A stretch of 47,854 nt of DNA from Nemertoderma westbladi (lineage: Eukaryota; Animalia; Xenacoelomorpha). The position numbers and the translations under genes were made by a program. The stretch is taken from the NCBI GenBank assembly GCA_032718475.1, contig JAUCBJ010006125.1, forward strand, positions 1 through 47,854, in the 5' to 3' direction. The number at the start of each line of letters is the position of its first letter. Position 1 is the stretch's first letter. Below are positions 1 to 10,350 of this stretch, piece by piece. A model generated the notes under the pieces. It did no database searches. It was not told where the DNA came from and worked only from the letters and a program-made list of their open reading frames with translations.

Positions 1-398
1 ACTAGTATATCATACAGTCATATATACCCTCCTTATACCTACAGACTAACGTCTGAACGTAGTCAGTAGTGAGTAGTGGAGTGCAGTGCGAGTGCAGAGT
101 ACTGCTGTAGTGGTTGACTGGAGTAGAGGTAGAGAGTACCAGTACCAGCAAAACAGAAACAGGTCAGCAGCCAACGGAGCCATCATTATTTTAGCAAACC
201 AAATATTATCATTATTTTAATTTCCAGCGGAGCGGGTGGGTATCTGTAGATGGTGTTCTCTGGAAAATTTCAGAGTTTTTAAATTTTGTTTATTACTCCG
301 CATCGATATTTTACTATGTACCGTTGAATGATAGGCCTGGTCTATGGACTATCGTCACGTACCGGCTGACCGGGTGTGGGTATATAACCGCTTGTAAC

Positions 399-1913
399 AT
401 GCGAGGATTATTGTGGCCGCGTCTACGAACTGCTGGTCGGCTGTTAAACGTAAACTCGCGAATTCCTTCTGGTGGTAAACGAGTTTATAGCGAACAGCCA
501 CGAAGAAACCCCGACTTTGGTTCCATTACAGATGCCGATATCGCGCGATTTGAGATAATTATTCCCAAACGGGTTATTACCTCTCCCGAAGTCTTGGATT
601 CCGCCAATGTTGATTGGATGGTAAGTTGTCGTGGCAACTCTAAGGTGCTTCTGAAGCCGAAATCAACTCAGGAAGTTTCCGACATATTGGCCTTATGTAG
701 CGAACGCCACCTAGCGGTAGTACCACAGGGTGGCAATACGGGGTTAGTCGGAGGAGGTGTACCAGTTCACGATGAGGTCATACTCAGTTCGCAGCTGATG
801 GATTCAATAATTAGTGTTGATGAGACAACCGGCGTGTTAGTTTGCCAAGCTGGTTGTGTTCTAGAACGTCTAGAAACTTATTTATCCGATGTTAATTTGA
901 TTCCACCTTATGACCTAGGCGCTAAAGGTAGTTGCCACATCGGTGGCAATGTAGCAACCAACGCAGGAGGTCTACGGTTTCTCCGCTACGGTTCTTTGCA
1001 CGGCAATGTTCTGGGTTTGGAGGTCGTTTTAGCGGATGGCAAGGTGTTAGACCTCATGTCGGTACTGCGCAAAGATAACACCGGTTATGATATGAAACAA
1101 TTATTTATAGGTTCCGAAGGAAGTCTCGGATTTATTACAACTGTTTCTCTTTTGTGCCCCCGCAAACCAACTTCGATAAATGTCGCCTTTCTCGCGGTGA
1201 CGTCATTTGAGGATGTAGTTAAGCTGCTCAAGTCAGCGAAATCTGGTTTGGGAGAGATTCTGTCTGCGTTCGAGTTTATCGATATGTCTGCGATGGAAGG
1301 AGTTGAGACATATCTTGAATTGAAGGACCCCCTCAGGGATTGTTCGAATCGCCTTTATAACTTCTACGTTTTAATAGAGACTCACGGTTTCCATAGCGAC
1401 CATGATAGCCGTAGACTGGATGACTGGCTCGCAGACTCAATGGATTCCGGATTGGTTGAGAATGGGACGGTCGCCGCTGATTACAGACAGATGTTGTCGT
1501 TATGGCAATTTCGCGAGCGGATATCTGAAGCAGTGAAGCATGAAGGGCGCGTCGCCAAATACGATATCTCGCTCTCTTTAGAGTCTTACTACCGCGTTGT
1601 CACGGCGACCCGGGAACGCTTTGGCGGTTCGGTGCACCGCGTAACCGGTTACGGGCACGTCGGGGATGGAAATCTCCATCTAAATGTCGTAACGGATGAG
1701 TCCGCTCGAGATTTACGGGACGATTTGGACAAGTTCGTTATGGAGTGGGTCCGCGAGGCCAAGGGGAGTATCAGTGCCGAACATGGAATAGGTTTACATA
1801 AACGGGGTTATCTTCATTACTCAAAATCTTCCACAGCTATTCATCTTATGAAAGACATAAAGAAACTATTCGATCCAACTGGAATTTTAAATCCTTACAA
1901 ATTATTTATATAA
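399..1913 (+). CDS. D2HGDH: D-2-hydroxyglutarate dehydrogenase, mitochondrial (FAD-linked oxidase, VAO/PCMH family); single coding exon
   Basis: Motifs VVPQGGNTGLVGGGVPVHDEVILS, DLGAKGSCHIGGNVATNAGGLRFLRYGSLHG, LRKDNTGYDMKQLFIGSEG, GYGHVGDGNLHLN, GSISAEHGIG and FDPTGILNPYK. The first ATG (399) gives an Arg-rich, acid-free N-terminus (MRGLLWPRLRTAGRLLNVNSR) resembling a mitochondrial transit peptide; 504 aa. Confidence 0.93.
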   Translation: MRGLLWPRLRTAGRLLNVNSRIPSGGKRVYSEQPRRNPDFGSITDADIARFEIIIPKRVITSPEVLDSANVDWMVSCRGNSKVLLKPKSTQEVSDILALCSERHLAVVPQGGNTGLVGGGVPVHDEVILSSQLMDSIISVDETTGVLVCQAGCVLERLETYLSDVNLIPPYDLGAKGSCHIGGNVATNAGGLRFLRYGSLHGNVLGLEVVLADGKVLDLMSVLRKDNTGYDMKQLFIGSEGSLGFITTVSLLCPRKPTSINVAFLAVTSFEDVVKLLKSAKSGLGEILSAFEFIDMSAMEGVETYLELKDPLRDCSNRLYNFYVLIETHGFHSDHDSRRLDDWLADSMDSGLVENGTVAADYRQMLSLWQFRERISEAVKHEGRVAKYDISLSLESYYRVVTATRERFGGSVHRVTGYGHVGDGNLHLNVVTDESARDLRDDLDKFVMEWVREAKGSISAEHGIGLHKRGYLHYSKSSTAIHLMKDIKKLFDPTGILNPYKLFI

Positions 1914-2250
1914 ACTTTATATTTTCTTTTTTAACTATAATCGTGAAGGAGATTTAATAATCCTAACAAAATATTCGCAGTAACAAACTTTTAAATAATG
2001 ATTAAAGTTTGGTTGCAAAATTGTATATTTTTAACATCTTAAATTACCAATAACTTTAAACTAAGAGGGTGTAATGTTAATATTAAGTACAATCGTTTCG
2101 TAACGTTACAATTTCGCAATAATACTGCATATGTATGTATTTATTGACTAATATTATACAGGTAACAATAAACCGATGACAGCGCATGCAATATGAGATA
2201 ATAGTCCTACCAAAAGCAAACAATACTGTAATTTATAGTTAAATAATGAC

Positions 2251-2531
2251 GCCCATGTGAAGAATACCAGGATTTCACTTTTCGGTCGACTTTTTATTGG
2301 AATTTTATATATGAAGATTTTTTATTTTTTTAAATTTATCTTTATTAAGTGTTTTATAGCGCTTATTTCTATTCTATCTTATAACTTCTACATATACTTA
2401 TTCGCTTATTGTTTTGGTTAGATTCAGCCCTTCTATAACCTGTGTTTTTTGTGAAAACCTGGTATTCTTCACATGGGGGTAACTGCAAAGTGAAATATAA
2501 CGGCAGAAATCCTGGTATTCTTCACATGGGC
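2251..2531. mobile_element. MITE with 26-bp perfect terminal inverted repeats
   Basis: GCCCATGTGAAGAATACCAGGATTTC (2251-2276) is the exact reverse complement of 2506-2531; an extra internal copy of the right TIR lies at ~2453-2477. TSD not resolved. Confidence 0.75.
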
Positions 2532-3039
2532 CGAATATGAGGTGAAATTATATCTACGAGAATAAGTTAAATGTATACGTTAGCTGTAATTATAAAGGTA
2601 TATTGATTGAATTTTAAGTTATGTAACATGGAAGAAAAATAACAATGTTATAATATACTATAAATATAAATGTTATGTAAATAATGTTATATGATGTGAT
2701 ACTATAAATAGAAAATGGATGATATCTTGTCGCACAACGAATGATAAATAAATATGAATAAGTAGTTTAGTATAAATAGTTGTAATATAATTAACTCTAA
2801 TTATATAAATATAAATAAATAAATAGCCTCAATGCAAATATACAGTAGTTATGCTGTAGTGTACTAACAGGTATATGGATTAAATAAATATATATAAATA
2901 AATAAATTAAATTATAAGTTGATGAATATACTTGTGCGAGGCGGGGTTAGCTTGCCTTATAGATAGGTAGGCCTTTAATGGGTATTAATAATGAATATTA
3001 CAGACAAGTAAGATAAACATAATAGACAGTTCGATTAAG

Positions 3040-3850
3040 AGACAATTATTTATTTAAGTTTGCGCTCTTTTATTAGTTTGTTAATAAAGGTTGGTACACC
3101 CGGTCTAAGGCTGGTGTTTCTGCGCCTATAAAATTGTATCTGCTGTCCGAGTAGTTATGACATTCTAGGAGGAAATTTTCCTCTGTTTCAATGCTGCCTC
3201 AAGCGCAAAGACGTGATTCGCGCGGAGTTCTATTGTAGAGTCCCTGTTCGATTGCGAGGGTATGATAAGACGGTCGTAAGCGTGAAAAGGCTTGAATATC
3301 AGCATTAGAATTAATATAAACAGTCGTAAGCACTTAGTCGAGTCAGAGTCGGGTTCAATGAGAGGTAGGTGATGTATTTGGATTTATTGTTCCGCTGCCT
3401 TTCTTCTTACTGCATTTCTCATTGTTACTCTATCATGGGTTATATATAACTAAGGGGTCTTTAATTTTAGAGCAATCCAAGGGGTACTTCCAAAGTGTTG
3501 AGTCCTTTGTTTTGTTTACAACCAATGCATCATATAGCGGGCTGTCTTTATTATCTTCTGAGACAAAGAACCCCTTAAAGAATTAGAATTTGGCTGTTCA
3601 CGATTTTACAACTGATTTAAGTGTAGGTCGATTGAGTTCAATCGGGGAGAAATTCGTTGGGCGTGATTTTTTTTAATCCTAGTAAAGTTTTGAGAACCTT
3701 CCTATATTTTAATTCCAGATTGTTTAAATTTACTGTCCCCCAGGATTCACAGTTATAGAAGATCCACTGAGGAGACAGGCTCTAACACTTTTTCTTTCAC
3801 AGGTAGTGAATTTGTGTATTCATACCTCCTCAATGTCTATTGCCACCCAC
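3040..3850 (-). mobile_element. Decayed 3' part of a non-LTR retrotransposon (LINE)
   Basis: Hand translation of the minus strand gives EQGLYNRTPRESRLCA*GSIETEENF..LECHNYSDSR (degenerate C-terminal CCHC region of ORF2) at ~3140-3250 and IFYNCESWG at ~3735-3765, with many stops and frameshifts. Boundaries approximate. Confidence 0.6.
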
Positions 3851-4078
3851 CGCTAAACAACCAACATGAAAAATATAACACCAAACATTATTGAAGTTTA
3901 CATTTAATAATTATTGCATAAAAAATAAAAGTTCTTAGCTAGAGTAAACAGTTACGCCTGACAACCGATGACTTATTTTCAGTGAGCCCCCCTCCCCCCC
4001 CCCCCCTCAGGTCCGTACTACCCAGGGGAAACAGGTACTCATCAACTTCCAATTAAAAATGGAAGACAATGGCTAAAA

Positions 4079-4285
4079 ATGCCAAAGTATAAGAGGCTCT
4101 TGTCAGTTATCAAGCATTTCGCTAATCTGTGGGCTGAAAATCATAAAATTATGTCTGATTGCGGATCGGGCTTAATACCCGCTGTTCGGGGCCTTCTTCC
4201 AAATTCTATTCATCAAATTTGTTACTTTCACTTTTGTCAATCTATATATCGCGAAATTCAGCAACTTGGTGTCACGGGGTTATAC
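4079..4285 (+). mobile_element. Mutator-like (MULE) transposase fragment
   Basis: IMSDCGSGLIPAVRGLLPNSIHQICYFHFCQSIYREIQQLGVTGLY matches the MULE pattern xDFExAL..A...FP....CxFH..Q...R.IQ.LG; truncated at both ends. Confidence 0.75.
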
Positions 4286-4639
4286 ATTCCCAACAACAAA
4301 TGGTTGGGGCGCCCCAACAATACCCAAGACGCCCCAACAAACCCGCTGCACTCGCTGCCCCAACAATTCCCGATACTGCCCTTGGCGCTCAAATAAAATT
4401 GGCGATTAAAATTCAGGATAATCTTTGTGTTAAATTAATCCTTATAAGGGATGTGTTTATACATAATGATAATATGATACAGTATTAAAATAATTAATTA
4501 GCATCACCAATATTACATTTTAAATAATTTAAACGTAATACATATTGCTAAAATCTGCAGTTTACTAATCAAGATAATTATTAAACGCATTTAAATGTGA
4601 AGTTGAACGGGATATTAGCAAGAGACCCATTGGGAAAAT

Positions 4640-5162
4640 GACTTCTATTTAAAACTATTGGGCAAGTGACTCGTCTGATTTTTAATGGGCAACCGACTCA
4701 TTGGGCGGGGCAAGTGACGTATTGTGCAAGTGACAGTTAACCTGTAAATTAACTGCGACGTAATGGGATGCAGAAACTTGCCCAATAGGATACTTCCCCA
4801 TCTGATTGTGGTAGGCCTAGCAACAGGTAGATTACGTAGTGAATGGAAATTACGGTCTCAAAAAAACGTATTGGGTTTATTCTGTAAGTCGAGTATTGGC
4901 GAGTGACCTAAAATATTTTTTTCTAAATTTTTTTTTTTTAAATATTATTTTTCCTGGAAGGATCTCATTTCCACTGTCCGAGTTCGCTCGACCTAGTAAT
5001 AGTAGTCTTATTCTGTAAGTCGAGTACTGTATTGGGCAAGTGACCTATTGGTAAAGTGACTTACTTTCAGTTAAAAATGAAATATTTTGGGCGAGTGACC
5101 TAAAATATTTTTTAATGGGCAAGTGACCTATTGGGAGAGTAGAGTGTCTGCATCCCACTGTA
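4640..5162. mobile_element. MULE-type terminal repeat / MITE remnant
   Basis: About ten copies of a GGGCAAGTGAC-like motif; inverted pair TGGGATGCAGA (~4764) and TCTGCATCCCA (~5147); adjacent to the MULE transposase fragment. Confidence 0.5.
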
Positions 5163-5696
5163 TTTCGTGATGAGTGAGGGGGGGGGGGGGGGGGGGGGGA
5201 GTGAACGGGGGGAAAGTGGCCGGGTTGGGAGGCATCGCATAATTATGTTAACGAGGGGGGGGGGGGGGGGGGGGTGGTGGGGACAGTTCACCTCAGGAGG
5301 CGCCTGGTGAGAATGAACTTAAGGGTGGAGTCCGTAAGGGCAGGTACTATGTACGTAGTACAATGGTACAGTATAATGTACACTCCCAGCATAGCGGCCA
5401 AAGGACATTGGTCGCGTGTTGATTGCCCAACCCACCAACCACTGAACTGAAGAGTATGGGTGGCTGGATAATCTACTGATGTTGCCATAGTGACTGCATC
5501 CCCAGAACACCATTACTCTGACAATCTGTAAATTCAACATTGTGGTAAGTAAAGAATTATGTTGTTTTAACATTATTACCATTGCGAAGTCAGTATGTAG
5601 GCCTATGCTGATTAGAGATTGTATAAACAAACTCTCCCTCCACTTTTATACATTATGTTTATACGTAGATATCAAAGTTAATATTTGCCAAATAAT

Positions 5697-5927
5697 ATAT
5701 TCCATAGGCCTATATAGTTTATGAAATAACCGTACTGCATATTCCATAGGCCTATATACTTTATGAAATAACCGTACTGCATATTCCATAGGCCTATATA
5801 GTTTATGAAATAACCGTACTGCATATTCCATAGGCCTATATACTTTATGAAATAACCGTACTGCATATTCCATAGGCCTATATAGTTTATGAAATAACCG
5901 TACTGCATATTCCATAGGCCTATATAC
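5697..5927. repeat. 42-bp minisatellite, ~5.5 copies, with two alternating variants
   Basis: Unit ATATTCCATAGGCCTATATA(G/C)TTTATGAAATAACCGTACTGC; the G and C variants alternate, giving an 84-bp higher-order dimer. Confidence 0.95.
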
Positions 5928-6494
5928 TGTAGTTTATGTTATGATGTACCCAAGGCGAAACAATGGTCAAATATTTACTTAGGAAAATTTCTTTGTGTCA
6001 CATTATTATGATACAGGGGAGGGGGGTGTCTGGATGCAATGGTACGTTTATTATTCTAAGCAAAACAATAAACTCAAGTCAATACAACAGGTTAATAGTT
6101 TATATCTGAACATTATACTTCTGCAGGTGTATATGCATGCATGGTTCTGTGCTGTGTGAGATATATGCACCATTGGTGCAAACATCTCATTAACTACCAT
6201 TAGCTTCGAATCTTTATAGCTATCTAACGTCGCTATCAAATCAACTATATTGAATGTAAATTCTCACAGTATAACTACTACAAAAATAACATACTAATTT
6301 TTAGTTCAATACATAAAAAAGAACAATTTGAAACAAATTCAATTGCATTACTGAATATTGATATATTATCAATACTTAATAATTATTATTCATCTGAGTT
6401 GTAGCCCTAAGTTCCATCACAGTATAGACATTCAAACTGTAGGGTTATTAATTTTACTTGTTGAGGATGCTTCATAAAAATTAATTTTCTCATC

Positions 6495-7476
6495 ATGTTT
6501 TGTTATTTACCATTGCTAATTATTTCATTACTATTGTCACTCACGAATGTGGCTGGGCAAGATGATTATCTCATTGGATCAAGAGAGATTGCCCTGTATC
6601 AGAAAATGCTATTCGATAACCTGGTTAATGGTACAAGTCTTGAAACGTTGCTTAGTAACCCAGAATTAAATGAAAATTGTGCCAACGACACAGCGAGACT
6701 TTACACAGATATTGTTGAGCGAAAACCGTACGCGTTGAGGTTCTTCGATGCGTTAGCAAAACCTGGGTCTGGGATAATCAATGGCAACTTTCTATGGATG
6801 GGAAGTTGGAAATAATGTAGAGAGTCAGAAGCACCTTATGATGAAAACGTTCCATTCGGGAACCGTTTCAAAGGGAGATACTGCATGGTGCCAATAACTG
6901 GATTAACTACGACTGCATTATTACCCCTAAGAGTTGGTCTTTGTGTACCTGATTCCTGTGATGAAGTTGATGTGAAAATATTACTAGAGTTAGGGAAAAA
7001 AGGAGAATTAATACCAGGAACTAGCATTACTACCCTGAATGTTACATGTCCTGTCGATTATCTCACATGGAAACCCATGGAAATTACTGCACTTGTAATC
7101 GCTTAGGACCATCACCCCTGGGGACGATGTAAGTGATCATAGGTCTGTGAATAAAGAACCAAATGAAGAAGAATACCATCCCGGATCTATAGATGAATCT
7201 AAAAGCAACCCTCTTATAAAGAATAACCCATCAACAACAACAAGCAAATTCAAACAAATAATACTTTCATTCTCATTGTATAACAATGGTAAAAAGGTTC
7301 TAGCTGCCACGCATACCAAAGGTACCATAAAATCTCTCCATGGCATTCGAGTGCTCAGCATGTGGTGGGTAATTCTTGGGCATACTTTGCTCTTCCAGAA
7401 AGGAGTGGTCGACAACATTGCTGAGGGTATGTTAGATATTAAAGGATCCTGGTTTCAAATCATTACAGAAGCCACG
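6495..7476 (+). pseudogene. NRF-6/O-acyltransferase-like copy 1, 5' half (disrupted)
   Basis: Near-identical to 19021.. and 21956..; GAA>TAA stop at 6813-6815; 149-bp frameshifting deletion between 7104 and 7105 (equivalent to 19631-19779 of copy 2); cut at 7476 by the LTR element. Confidence 0.93.
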
Positions 7477-8442
7477 TGTTCGCGCTTTTAAGACCTTTGG
7501 CAGTTTAACCCGCCAAATCTATATGTCTTCTAGGTTATAAATCTACTCCAGCCTATGACAAGTATTGAACACCTATAATAATTCTAACATTAGCCAAAGC
7601 CAGTCTGTGCGCGACCATTCACCCGCTGGATATACCCGGGAGACTGGATTTGGATGCTTTAATTTGATTGCGGTGCAGGCCTACCGTACTATTCGATTGA
7701 TCGTTAATATATAATCTCTGACGAATATTATTCACTTTAGGGAAATATTAGCAGTTCCTTTAGGACGTGGCGCTCTATCTATTTAAACAGAGCTATGACT
7801 TACACTATACACAACAGTATGTCTTATAGATCACCAAAGTGCATTCTTTAGGAAATGCTTTGTTACTCGGTCAAGCACACACAGACTATTGCACACAATT
7901 GCACACTGAATTGCCGATATTCACTGATTTTAATCATATATAAAGAGAATAACAACCGACATTTGTAGGGCCTATTAAGTAGCATTGAACTCACTACAAA
8001 CCACGATAATGTATGTCGCAAATTGTTATATGTAACCGGTCTCTCTAACCTTAGTGTATCAAGAAGATTGGGTTTTCGGATCGTTATCAATATTCTTCCC
8101 AATAATAATATGTAAACAAACGATACAATTAACAACACAGTAAATAGCAGTAAATAATGCGGCGAAAAGCAGTTTACGTCAGGGTGCTTAATCAGATGCC
8201 GAGGTGCAAAACCGTGATAACCGTTTGATGATCTTATAATTAAAGATGCTCTAATGTCAGAAAACATTCCCCGGCCGGTGTTCTAGGCGTGGGGGAAACG
8301 TCAGTACTGAATCCTGTAATTCTGCTGTACAGCTTTTACACAAAGAGGGAATCTCTGATTGGTCGAATGGCAAAGAGCTCCACGTGGACACAGCTGATAG
8401 ATGTCGTCATTTTGAGCTGAGCAGAACAAAGAACCAAGGCAA
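7477..8442 (-). repeat. 3' LTR, truncated on its inner side by 254 bp
   Basis: Colinear with 15782-16747 (offset 8305); I count about 6 substitutions in 966 bp; identity stops abruptly after GAACCAAGGCAA. Confidence 0.93.
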
Positions 8443-9453
8443 TACATGGGAGATTCTCACACTCTAACACACTTAATAAGATGAATCTCCGCTCCCGTGA
8501 TCTATTAATTAATGGGATTTTGGGAATGTTATAAATTGCACAGAATGACAATTTATTAAATTCATTAAAATATGAATTTAAATTTATTCCCTGAAATTTT
8601 ATTATTTGATAGTGCAATTGACACAATTTGATTCCAGAGCAGGTCTGGGGACATAGGATCCTTAATTCTATGAAAATTGTCTTTTAAGAGTATCGGTAAG
8701 TGCTACGATATCTTAATCGACTAGAATTGTTAAAGGATCTGAATTTTACAGATTTTGATTTATAGATTTATAAATATTAAATAATTAATATTTGATATGG
8801 ACACCAATTTATTCCAGAACTTGTCTGGGGACGTTAACCACTGATTCTAGAATTTGTCTTTCAAGTATATCGGTGGGTGCCGCGATATCTTAATCGACTA
8901 GAATTACAGATGGTCAAAAGGTTTAACAGATTTATTTGCGTTTCACGCTACTGTTAGAGGGACATCACGCTACTATATGTATTATTATATATGGTATGAG
9001 AGCAATATCGCACGAAGCAATGTCAGTGTGAAGAGGCAAGTCGTTTCCAAGGTCTACCCAGAGCTTGGTTTAGCCGAGACACGAGGATCTGAACTTTGCA
9101 TTCCTAATACTCTGCCTACCAATAATACTTGAATATAGTAGTGGCTTTATTGTACTTTAATAAGTACGGACATTTCATCTTACTGTAGTCACGTATTTAT
9201 AATATGATACGGACAGTAAGGAAAGAGAAAAAATAATTATTTCTCGCCGTCGCACTAAATATATATTATAAGTAATTACGTACGTAATAAACACTAATAT
9301 ATTGCACTAATCTACTAAATAATCACTAAAATAACATTATACTGAATAAAATTAAAGAAAACGATTATAATAAAATTACATAATAATACATACATAAATA
9401 TAAAATAAAAACAAATATAAAATGATATAGTCACACGCCCACTCCATATGTTA

Positions 9454-10350
9454 TTACGTTATGGAGTCCCTAGATATTTGTCGGATTAGGGAAGTGGTCG
9501 TAGGAAGAGTATCTTGCCTTCCATAGTTTCCGGACAGTTTTCGGTCTCTTTCCAGTAAACATAAACGACCAGCTGGGCGATTGAGTTGTTGTGTTACTTT
9601 CTCCGCTCCCTTGGCCTGTCTAATCTCCGCCGTGGTAAGATGAGGAGGCCATTCTTCTTCTTCTTTATTTAAGAAGTCGGATCCACCTAACCAGCCTGGA
9701 GTATCTATCAGTTCTTGAGGAGTTGCTCCTCTGGAAGCAATGTCGGCTGGATTAATCGTCCCAAGGCAATGTCTCCATTGATCTACATTGGAGTTAATAT
9801 CGTCATTATCTGAGGAGTATGGTGTTCCCTCAGTTGGATCGTCCACATCACTGCTCTCCACTTCCCATTCCTTTACTTGGTATACCTGTTGTTGAGGTAA
9901 TCTCTCTTTGAGAGTTCTACGGGAAGGGCCAGTGAAGTACCAACCTACTCTAGTTCTTACCGCATAGGTTTGTAGTGGCTACGGTTGAGCAGGCCGTTTC
10001 TCCAATGTCTCGAGCGCCTCATGCGCGTTTTGGCCGATGAGTATTTGCACTCCAGGATAATCTGTCCGGAATCGAGGTATCTTAAGCTGTTGGATGCTCT
10101 CGTCCTCGTCCCAGTTATAAGGTTCTACTTGGGTAGTAGCGAAGTTCTTTATAGCCACCATTTTTACTGACCTTATACTTTGTGCTCCTAATTTATCCTG
10201 GGGGGTGGACAACTCACCTACATAGTAATCTGCCGTTATGGTAGATTTCCAAACCTGCATAATTCCGGACATATTCAACTTAGTTCGGAATCTGGGTTGT
10301 CCAGCAAAGATGTTCTTGATCGATGAATGTTCCTGTGCTGCCGGAGTCAA
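9454..10350 (-). pseudogene. BEL/Pao pol remnant (post-protease region, end of RNase H region, extreme C-terminus)
   Basis: VQILIGQN, then after an in-frame TAG YAVRTRVGWYFTGP, then QWRHCLGTINPADIASRG...WLGGSDFL and RPAGRLCLLE, all recognisable BEL/Pao Pol motifs. No YxDD RT or DDE integrase sequence is present. Confidence 0.8.

Noticed and set aside
324-398. TTG start giving a 529-aa D2HGDH
   Set aside because: The gene is eukaryotic; the ATG at 399 gives a plausible mitochondrial transit peptide.
5380-5470. Academ-like transposase remnant (HWSRVDCP...EEYGW)
   Set aside because: Only a short frameshifted motif; too little to support a call.
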